From NCBI GenBank assembly GCA_000708835.1, contig DF236955.1:1-64000 (forward strand): DNA of 64,000 nucleotides, in the 5' to 3' direction. Position 1 is the stretch's first letter, and each line of letters starts with the position of its first letter. The notes under the pieces are model-generated. The model had not been told where the DNA came from. It searched no databases and saw only the letters and a program-made list of their open reading frames with translations. The translations under genes and the position numbers were made by a program. Origin of the DNA: Klebsormidium nitens. Its lineage: Eukaryota > Plantae > Klebsormidiophyceae. This document shows, one piece after another, positions 25,328-35,492 of this stretch.

Positions 25328-28300
25328 ATGGCACTCAAAGCATCTTGTTCGATGTCTACCGTCTCATTCAGCGGAGTCGCTGTGCGTGCTCCACAGGATT
25401 GGGTCCGTTCCAGCCTGCAGTGGCCAGCCACGTGCATGTATCCTCCTCGGCACATGCACACCGATACCTCCCTGCAACGCTGCCGCACGCCCTGGCACTC
25501 TCCGTGTTGCTCAAAGCGGCAAGAGACTGAGCGGACACTTTCGTTGTTGGGCAACAGGAGCCTTGAGAGAAGGGGCAGCGGTCAGTCTGCCTTGGCGGTG
25601 CCCGGCTCAGAGCATCAAGCAGCTTTTGCCACCACGATAAACAGTCCTGCACGCAGAAGAAGCTCGGAAGTGGGGTCGGGGAGGTATGCCGCCAGCGTGA
25701 TTCGGACAAGGGGAGGGAGGAAGCGCATCCGCCGGGCAAAGGACGGGGATGGGGAGGAAAACGATGACAATATGGATGAGGTGTGTGGGGTTTCATGCCC
25801 AATAGAAAATGACTCCTCTTCCCGTCCCTTGTGTCTTCCTTTCGCTGCCCTCTCCTTAGAGCAAATTGGTCTTTTGGCGGTGGTGTGGCACATAGTGCGC
25901 GCGGATAATCCCGGCTGATGAACTGCAAGATCAGTAGAACAACTGTTCATCATGCCTCGAAATCACAGTAGGAAGGTCTTTGCGCTCAACAAGCAAAGCT
26001 GTGCCGTTGGTGTTTGTTAAGAAGAGCGACACCTGTGGCAACTGTTCTGATTATGCTAATCAAACTCAAGGCTAATTTGTCAGAGGCAGACACGGAGCAG
26101 GAGTTCGTGTCTTATAGAGGTTTTCGGCCCGGGGAGGTTCTCGAAATGTTACTCTCCATTTTCTGGAAGCCTGATTGGTAACTGTAACCAATTCCTTTCA
26201 TGGCTGCCAGCGATACACTTCTCTCGAGGATGCCCCCATCTACGGCAGTGTTCATGGGGACTCTTTTGACTACGATGATCAAAATGAAGTGCCGTCTCCC
26301 CTGGCGGAGGATGCAAGTACAGAGGAGAGAAGTGCGGGGAATGAGGAGCCTGTGGAAGGTGAGCCAGGCATCCGCTTCTGCAAAGTTTGTGAAAGGGTGG
26401 CTGGATGTTGAGTAGCTTTGCAAAGACACCAGTGCAATCTGTATGAAAGCCCTTGGGAAAGGGCATCAAAGTGAAGTTTCCTTTGGGGGAGATCGTGCTT
26501 CCCCTGATGAGCTGACTTCGCAGACTGGGCGTTGAGCTCAAAGTTAGGGTGATTTGACCTAATCTGCTGGCCCAATCGAAAGGACAGTCAACTTAGGCCC
26601 CAAGAATATAAAACGCAAGTAGCGGACTTGTCTTGCCTGTGCCTCCTTCAATCCTCACACTGCTCTTTTGAACAATATCGTTGATTTTCCCGCTTGGCAG
26701 AACAAGAGGCGTCTCCAAGTGACCGGGTGCTTGCCTCCACTTCGGAAGAAAAGGGAACCTCTAAGAACGGGGCGGCCAGCCGTGAGCCAGACATGGAGCA
26801 AAAGGGGATGCTGAGATCAGTAACCGTGTCAACTGCTTTGCCTAAAGAGAAGGTTAAGAAGACGGCAAAAAGCGGGAAGAAGGTAGCGGGTAAGAAGAGT
26901 AGGAGCAGCACGAGTTTGGAAAGTGCAAATGGGGTCAGCAGAAGTGTGGATGAGGACAGAACTGAGGTCACCAGTCAGAAGAAGGGGAAGACGTCAATGG
27001 ACAAGGCTGGGGTTGGTTCTAATACGGAAGCGGAGGGGAGCAGAGCAATCAGGAAAGAGGCCCAAGAGAAGCCTGTGAAAAAGAAGAAGGCCGCTGCGCC
27101 GAAGTTGAAGAGGAGCAAGGCATTCAACGGAAGGATGCGGGAAGGCGAACTGGCAGTGGCAAGGACGGAAACTTTATCCCAAAACGGCGCTCAGCCTTCG
27201 CAAGCGAGCACAGCAGTGGAACAAAAAGAAACCTTATCCCAGAACGGCGCTGAGCCTTCGGAAACGAGCACCGATGTGGAAGAGGAGAGCTTACTGGACC
27301 GCATTGCGAGCAGCTTGCAGGCAGGATCGAGCAGTTCCAAGAGCGACATCAGTAGTGGCGCTCTTCAGTTGAGATTCCATTCGGGTTGTGCATTTGTCGT
27401 GACGGCGGCGGCTGCTAAGCGTGTTGAGGACCTCGTGAAGGAGGGGGAGGCTGCCGGGGTCGGGGCGGGGCTGTTGGGAGCGGCGTCCAGCCTGGTTGAC
27501 AATCTAGTCGATTCTGCGCAGACTGGGGGCGAGGTGCGTAAAACTTTCTTGTGCTCTACTTTGGTGACCTGCTTTCGGCATGATTGCGAAGTGAGTATAC
27601 TTTGTGGTGTTACATTGGGCAGTTGTGTCCTCAGTGCTGCGCTTTGTTCTGGACACGCACTCTCATAAAAGTGCGTTTGTGACATGATCTTGGCCAAGCA
27701 TTGCCGCTTTCGCTGATTGGGTTGCTAGTTAGAGCGGCATGTTCTTTCTGGAGCTGAAGTTAACGTTTATAACTAGGCTGCTTTTTGTGATCGTACGAGG
27801 GCTTCTCTGGGCGCTGAGAAGTGTGCTGTTTAGTTGATGATCCTTTCAGGTGCTTCTTGCTGGGGAAGCACCTAAAACATACTTTTCTACTTTTTTTAAA
27901 TGTTTCGGCTGTTGCGCCCCACTTTCATGCCCCACCTTCTCAAACCCCACGATGACGAACTGAGTTTTTTTTTGACGACGGACTTCTCTTTCGACAAGAT
28001 GGGAATATCAATCCGATTTTGTCAGGTGTAGGGACTACAAAACTTCAGGAACTTGAAATGTATTGGTCAAATTCTAGAAGTTGGAAGCTGGATGATTCCT
28101 CAAGTGTCTCGTACCTGCTTTCGACTGTTGGTCCAATCCTTCGTAGTACGCAAACGGTTTTTCAACACTCGTGTCAACACTCGTGTCTTTCTTCCCGCTT
28201 CCTCGCCACCACAGATTGTGAGCGCGGTTGGGGAGGCTGTGGTTGAGTCTGTGAGTGGGGCAACCGACGCGGTTACGGGGACGGTTAGCCAGCTAAGCGA

Positions 28301-31300
28301 GCAGGTTATGGAGGTGGTTAGCAGCGGGGTAGAGGAGGTGACTGACTCGATCAGCGAGACTGTGGCAAGCCTGGGAGCGCAGGCAAACCCTCGCGCCTCG
28401 TTTGCATTTCTTGTGACTTCATAACTCCGGCAACTTTTCTATCTGTTAAAAGACGAACGGAGTGATACTCGCTCTGCTTGTACGAAGGCATCAGTCTCTG
28501 CACGTCCATTTTGGGGGTGTGAAAACCACACACTTCGCCCCGTTCCCGCTTTGTAACGCGTTTCCCGCTTCAGTCGTTCTGAGTGTTCTATGTTCTTCTT
28601 TCTGCCACATCTCCTTCTGCGCATGCCGGATTCAACACAAGCACAAATCGTTCTGCTGCGACTCTGGCCCTTTCCTCGAAACCACCCAAACAAACCCGCT
28701 GACGTCACTCTGTGCTGGCCAGATCACTGATACCGTTGAATCGGCCGGGGAGTCGGTATCTGCGCTCGTCGAGACTGTTGCCGACACGGTAGACACGGTG
28801 ACGTCGTCAATGGCTGAGACTGTGGACAGTGTGACGTCAACGGTCGCGGAAACAGTGGGTGACGTTGGCGAGGCGGTTGTCAGTCTCATGACGGAAGAAG
28901 AGGAGCTCGGTAGGCCGACATCCGCATCTGGTCTTCCCTCTGCGCTTTTCTTTGCTGCTGTTTGGGAGACGCTGCGTCTCCCTCGTTGCTGGACCCACGT
29001 ATCCGACTGGTGCAAGGTCGACTGGTGAGGTAGTGTTGAAGTCCCCGCGTCAGCGAGGCGAAGGGCTCTGGATGCCAGTCGGATGCAGAAGTCAATATGG
29101 AGTCCTACTTTGAGATCTGGGATGGATCGCCGTCGTCCACTTGGAAACGTCTTGCCTGTGACATTCTACCCGGAATTGAGAGTTGAGCCTTCTGAGGACT
29201 TGGCGCCCGTCAGTCAAAATTTGCACCGTTGTTGACAGACCCTCCTACTTCACTCCAACCGACAGAAATCCTCCGTCCAATGATCTTGATATTGATCTCA
29301 ACCTCTTGGGTTTCTGAATCAAGTCCTCCGTTAGTCGTTATTTCTAAGCACCTGCAGCCCCTGAGATCTAGCCTCTCCCTGCTTTCCTTCAATATAGTGG
29401 GAATCGTACTATCCAACTAGACTCTCTTACTCACTGCCCTGTTCGGCTCCTTCGTTTCGGCGTTACCGAATATGAGGCATTCCGCAAAAAGGCCAATCAC
29501 TGCTTTGCTTCGCATACTCAAACACCAAAACTACCAATTGATTTTAAACAAACAGCCCACGGAAATAAACAGCCCACGGAAATAAACAGGTTACTTCTAA
29601 ATCAAAAATAATAAATCAAATTGACCGAGTTCGAGGCGCTCCGCAACAAGTCTAGCCCACAGCTGCGCGGCCGGACACCCTGCGCCACTCTCAAAACAGC
29701 TCGAATCCAAGTTCTTCGAACCCCTTAGACCTAAACCCCTGGGGTTTGTGAAACCTCGCAGGCGGCACCGAGTTTGAGGCGTTCCGCAACCAAGCCGGCC
29801 CGCAGCTGCGCGGCCGCGCGGAGCTTCGATCTGTGCGCGCTCTCAAAACTGCTCGAACCCTAAAACGGCAAACCCCTTAAACCGCTAAACCTCTGAAACA
29901 TTAACCCGTGCAGGCGACACCGAGTTCGAGGCGTTCCGCAACCAGGCCGGCCCGCAGCTGCGCGGCCGCGCGGGGCTGGACAACCTGCGCGTGCTCTCGG
30001 ACGGCGCGAACCTGATGCAAGTCATCTCCGACGCGTACACGTTCACGCTCAAGCTGCCGCCGCTCCAGTTCTCGCTCGTCGTTGTGGTTCTTCCGCTGCT
30101 CATGAGTTTGGTGTTCACCGGGGTCTACCTGTTAGATATGCAAGGCTTAGTTCCGGACGATAGCGTGCAGAGCATTTATGACGGGCTGCAGAAGGGGGGA
30201 CACGTGGCGGAGGCGCACTGGTACGCGCTGTTCCAGGTGAGGGAGACTGCCAAAGGACCCGCGGTTATTTCCGTTTAGCAGATAACTCTTCAATTTAGCA
30301 ATAGTAAGCTCTAGCAAAAGTAAGCTCCCGCACTAACACTAAAATCCTAACCCACGGAATTACCCGCTCCGCACCCGAACCCATCCTAACCTCCAAACTA
30401 ACCCTACCCGTCCCAGGCTGGTTACCTTACTATTGCTAAAGCTTACTATTGCCAAATTGAAGATTCTTGTTTAGCAGCCCCCTTTGTTCGAGTAATTGGT
30501 TGTTTTTGCCCCAGACCACGTGTTCGTTTATCAAATATACCAAACGGACACATGTTTAACACATTCTGTATATGTTCAATCGGACGTTCCTTTATTGATG
30601 TTCTATTATCCAGTTCTCTTGAAGTGTAGCGTCTCGACTCCGCCACGATCGTGCTTTAAGTCAGGTGGTTACGGACCAGCATACAGGAACCTCACACATA
30701 CCCCGAGTCATTCTTCGACTTGTTCTGCTCACTATAGCCGCACTTGCTCTCTTTAGCGGCTTTGGATGTGCAAACCCGTCTCTTGTCTCCACTTCGAAAG
30801 CCCACTACCAAGTCAATATCAATCGCTCTGTCCGCCTCGCCAGGCGTTATGGTAAGCCTCTGTTAGCATCTGAAGCCATTTTGCCACTCTGACAGGGCAT
30901 TGTGGAGTTACTCTAATTCTCGCTCTGTCTCTCTCTTCAGGTGTTCATGTTCAGCCTCTCTCTGGCGACCGGCTTGCAGCCCGTGCTAGCCCCCGTGACG
31001 CCCTTCTCCTTCGTGGCCGCCAATGTGAATGCGCTCCTCGCCCAGCTGCTTTTCGTCTTCCTCAGTGGCTCCGGCAAGTAATCACACCTATCTGCTTTTC
31101 AGTCCTTCTCTGGCGTCCTTGGTTCCTGCCTCTCAGTTCCTGCCCGGAGCTTCCTGTCGTTCGTTCTTTGCATTTTACAGGGGCATGGTTTGCTCGTCGG
31201 TACCTCCCTCGGTGTCTGGAACCGTTTTCACGTTCTCTCAGTTGGTGTGGCATGCAATATGTGAATGTTGTCCTCAGCATAAGCTCTTCAATCATGGACA

Positions 31301-33767
31301 CTGATCTGACAGCAGAGTCTGAATTTTTCCTGATGGTCCTGTCCCAAGACGACTGGATGGCCCTCAATGGGCTGCCCTCAACAAATCAAAACGACAAGTT
31401 GTTGCTCGGCATCCGCCTCGCATCCGTTCAGCATCTCGTGGGCTTCCATTTTCTCCCAAACCGATTGGTATGCGTCAAGGCTGCCAGTCCTGGAACCTTG
31501 CGCCTACCAAAACATAGAGCAGCGTGGCCGTTATAGAAACAGACTGCGACTAATACAGACAAAGAAGCCCACCTTCCTGTCCATTGACGCAGAATCTTCG
31601 TCTGTTTTGCAGTGTTTGCTCGGTTGTCGCAACGGTCGAGGCCCATCCGGTGCTCTACGGTGGCCCTCATTTGCCCCCCCTGCCACGAGAACCGGTCCGG
31701 CAAAGAGTGGAGTAACAAGTAAGCCTCTCTTTCCGCAGCGACTCGTTTGAGTCCTATTATATCGTAATCTAAAATTCCCTTCAAGGGATGCGGTGCTTGT
31801 TGCGGTGGGGCTTCGACGTTGGTTGGTTGTCTAGAGAGGTTGACCACGAGGTTTGCAAGATTAGATAACTGGCGCGCGGACTCTTCGGTCTTTCAGCGCA
31901 CCAGCGTTGTTGGCATGTGCGCACAGAAGACGCGACCTGCTCTTCATGGGCGGCATGCATCCTAATCTCGCGGCATATAATGCAATTTTCGATTGATGTC
32001 CTTGCTTGTCAGTCCCGTCCGAACCAACGCACGATCTAAAGCGACTGGTTCATTGACCTCTTGGCACAATTGCATCTTCGTCTTAATGGGGTTTCTCATT
32101 GGGCCACCGAAAGAATCTTTTGCCTTCTGCCTGCTGGTGAAGGCACGAGAACTTCGGGACCGGAGCGACGTTGTAGCCCGCAGGCTGGTTCTCTGGTCGC
32201 CGTTCGTGCAGGGTGCTGATTGGACAGGTACGCATTATACTTGTGTCCTCTTTTTTCGGGTTACCTTTTCCCACTCCTTCACGTGGCGCCATCTTGCTGC
32301 GAAGCTCACCTATCTTGTCGCCTTTCGTTGCAGGGTGCTCATGGCCAGGTACGTACTGGTGGGGACGCGCCCCTCGGAGCTGGTGGACGTGAAGGTGGAC
32401 CTGACATTTCACTACAACACGCTGACGCGCAACGGCTCTTACTTCAACCGCCAGGTGTCGCTGAAACTGGTGCGTCGGACAGTGCCACGTGGCAGCTTGT
32501 GAATCACCTAAGCGAAAGTTTGTGCAACTTTCCTGGTCCACCCTGTGCTTCTTGGAGCGATCGAGGGGGCTTACTTTTGACGTTGACAATCTGCGGGCTC
32601 GAAATTTGTGCGAGGAAAAGTTGACTATTGTCGAGCTGGAAGAGCAGCAATGAGATTAAGGGCTGCCAGAGCAACGCCAGAGCAACAAACGATGCAGCTA
32701 TTTTGGGAGTAATTCAATCGATTGAAGAAGCCACAGTCCGCTTCCAAGAGTTCGAGGACTGGTGAGAAAGGGACGTGGAAAAGTGGGCGAACGGAATGGG
32801 GAACCGGAACGGGAACCGGACCGGAAACCGGACCGGAAACGGAAGAACTCATTTGTGCGCAGGTCCGATCGGAGGTGGCCCACCAGACGGGCGGCATGCT
32901 GGTGCGCCACGTCATCGACGAGAGCAGCCCGCTGTACCGGCGGACGGAGGAGATGCTGAAACGGGAAGACGCCATCTTCAAGCTTAGCGTGGTGAGTAGC
33001 ACTCTCATGATGGGTTTTTGATCTGGCATACCATTGTGCCAATGAGGGTGTTCATCGACCGATCGCTTTGGCCTGGCAGAGAGATTGGGCTCTTGAATCG
33101 AAGACGCCCTCTTCAAGCTCAGCGTGGTGATAGCACTTCGTGGAAGGATAATGGGCGTGGCGTTTTTGCGATTGAGATTGTCCTACAGACGATTCGGCCG
33201 AGGCCATTTGGTGTGGCTTAGGAACTGGACACTTTAAATGGAGGAGAATTTTGTATGGGAAAACGCCGTCTTTAAGCTTAGCGTGGTCTTCTACAGCGAA
33301 CTTGTGCGCGGGCGCCGTAGTGTGTGAATGAGGACGTTCGCTGAACGGGGGCGTTTGGTCTCGCAGAGAATCGTGCATTCAAAGAGACTTCCGGTTCCAA
33401 GCTGAGCAGGGTGAAGCTTACTTGCAAAAGGTGCAGTGCTGAGCACAACACTTTGGAACCATTTTGAACCACTCTGCCTGTTCGTGGCAACGAGAGTTGC
33501 GAAAGTGAGGCAGCTTGGATGCGTAACGCCTTCAAGAGGCCGGCTCTCAAAAACGTTCGGTGTGTGCAGGTTGGCCTGGAGCGCTCGTCGATGCAGTCCG
33601 TGTTCGAGTTGCAGTACTACTGTGTGGCTGATGGGGATGTCATTTGGGACGCAGAGTTCGAAGACGTGGTGCTTGTGAACAAGTCTATGCAGAGGGTTAT
33701 TGACCAGTCAAAAGTTAGCCGGTGGAGATCGGTTCCGACCACTGGTTACCGGACTATCAGTGCGTGA
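25328..33767 (+). CDS. Inward-rectifier (Kir/IRK)-fold ion channel with long N-terminal extension; exons 25328-25780, 26211-26358, 26701-27533, 28215-28382 (or -28337), 28723-28909, 29914-30236, 30941-31073, 31613-31718, 32334-32469, 32863-32991, 33570-33767 (~937 aa)
   Basis: M1 (YTFTLKL...LLMSLVFTGVYLLD), pore helix VFMFSLSLATG, M2 ending SGSVFARLSQ, cytoplasmic signature RHVIDESSPLY and WDAEFEDVV; all junction phases consistent. The channel part is more secure than the N-terminal linkage. Confidence 0.8.
27167..27272 (+). repeat. Coding 60-bp duplication (ETLSQNGAQPSQAST / ETLSQNGAEPSETST)
   Basis: Visible in ORF 26694..27668 and in the DNA. Confidence 0.85.
29465..29990 (+). repeat. Three degenerate intronic copies of the 5' end of Kir exon 6 (anchors 29465, 29624, 29767; true exon 29919)
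   Basis: accgagttcgaggcgttccgcaac...cagctgcgcggccg recurs with spacings 159/143/152 bp; identity decays with distance from the exon. Confidence 0.9.
29549..29589 (+). repeat. 17-bp tandem repeat (aaacagcccacggaaat) x2+
   Basis: Direct reading of 29549-29589. Confidence 0.8.
31074..31612 (+). other. GC-AG intron (Kir gene intron 7)
   Basis: Donor G|GCAAGT, phase 1 joins to cag|TG giving LSGSVFARLSQ. Confidence 0.85.
32965..33288 (+). repeat. Two degenerate intronic copies of the 3' end and donor of Kir exon 10 (anchors 32965, 33100, 33259)
   Basis: gaagacgccatcttcaagcttagcgtggtgag / gaagacgccctcttcaagctcagcgtggtgat / gaaaacgccgtctttaagcttagcgtggtc. Confidence 0.9.
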
Positions 33768-34615
33768 AGGTCTCTTGATTCTTGGCCAATAAAGGGTGCT
33801 CAAAGAGCGCGCTTGACCCTTTTTCGATTGCTATCATCGTACTACTAATACTGCAGTGTACTTTGCTAGTGGAAGTCGTTGGTAGAAACTAAGGCAGCCA
33901 TTATTGAGAGAGCTTGTAGGGCAGAGCGATCATTGAGAAAGCTTGTGGGGCACTGCGTAGATAGAGGAGTCAGAGTCAGTGATTTGACAGCACCTTTCAG
34001 CCGCAGCAAGCAGATTCCTTAAATTTGACGTTCTAACATCCCGGCATATATTGATCAGCATCCAGTCCTTCTTGGTGACTCGACGATAACGAATCTGTTT
34101 GAAAAGTTTGCGTCGAGTCGACCCTCAGCAGCAACTTGGTTAGTATCACTCGGATGCTTCGATTGGTGTTCATCAGTGCAGTGCTTAATGGCAAGGGGCT
34201 TGCAAACTGATCGGGTTGCCTGTAGCAAAGGAGATAAACCTGAGTCACATGTGCGTCTATGCAAAACTCTATCACGCGTCAATGCTATGCAGAATTTGAC
34301 ATGATATGTAGTGGGCGGCCATGATCACTGAACACTGCTGCCAGCACCGGTCGGATTGATAAGACCGTCATCATCAACCTATGTGACCACACTGGCGCCG
34401 TTAACTAAGTGTCGATGTCCAGCTTGCGCGCGCACCAGGAAGCGGCGCCACCATAGCATGTCAAGTCTGCGCAAGCTACAAACTTACACAAGATCGCTCA
34501 GCATGCACGATCAACAATCCGAAGCTGTCAAAGTATGACGGCACATATGGCTATCATTATATTTGAGTAAAAGTAATTCATCCTGTTGCATTGTAATTAT
34601 AGCTAGGATGGCCGC

Positions 34616-34667
34616 GCGCACTGCGCTGAGTGACCCGCGGGCCGGTCACTCAGCAACGCGTTGCTAG
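34616..34667. repeat. Cluster of overlapping inverted repeats (11-bp-arm hairpin plus 14-bp palindrome)
   Basis: GCTGAGTGACC (34625-34635)/GGTCACTCAGC (34644-34654); AGCAACGCGTTGCT (34652-34665). Confidence 0.8.
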
Positions 34668-35336
34668 CTCTATAGCCACGGCCTCGATTGTGCACATATG
34701 CATAATGGCACAAGCTCTGAATGTATATACATGGGCATACTAACGATGTACTGAGCTACTGCCAGTGACCGAGGTCAGCTTATAAGTCTTCTAAGATTTC
34801 CAAGAAGCTTACTAGAATAGTGCCGCCCGGCCACGTCTCAAGTCGACAGCATGGTAATCAGTTGAGCGAAACTCATTATATATGGTCTGAGGTTCTGCCA
34901 GATCCTTGTAATTATTGGATTCTACCGTTGACCATTACGACGTGACAGGCTTGCATTCCCCCATAGCGGACCCTAAGTGCAAAAGGGACCAGTCGGATGC
35001 TCGGCCGCCTTTCGAGGTAAATTTTTTATGAATGACGCCATGCCGCGCCAAACTCAGCCGGCATCAGAGGTCAGTGCAGTTGATCGGACAGCTGCTGGTT
35101 TGTATGCAGTGATTCGAGGTTCGAGGCAGTATATTCTCACAAATCAACATCCTACCTACAGCTAGCGGCTAGTACAGGTTTCTCAAGAATCTACAGCTTG
35201 CGGCTAGTACATGTCTTCTAGAACTTTCCAGACATTCCGCGCATTGAGCTCAGGTAATGGTTGCTTGCTTGCTGTGGCTCGCTTGATTACAAATAGAACT
35301 TCAATAGTCCCGCTCACTGAGCTATGGTAAAAGTAC

Positions 35337-35387
35337 CTCGCTTGCTGTGTCTCGCTTGCTGTGTCTCGCTTGCAGTATCTCGCTTGC
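35337..35387 (+). repeat. 14-bp minisatellite (ctcgcttgctgtgt) about 3.6 copies
   Basis: Direct reading. Confidence 0.85.
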
Positions 35388-35492
35388 GTAAGGAAAGTAG
35401 GTCCAGATCTCGTTAGGTTCCGCTTGCAGATCCATAGAACAAGTTACATTTGACACGGAGGACCCGAGAAAGCTTTGACCGCTTCGCATATA

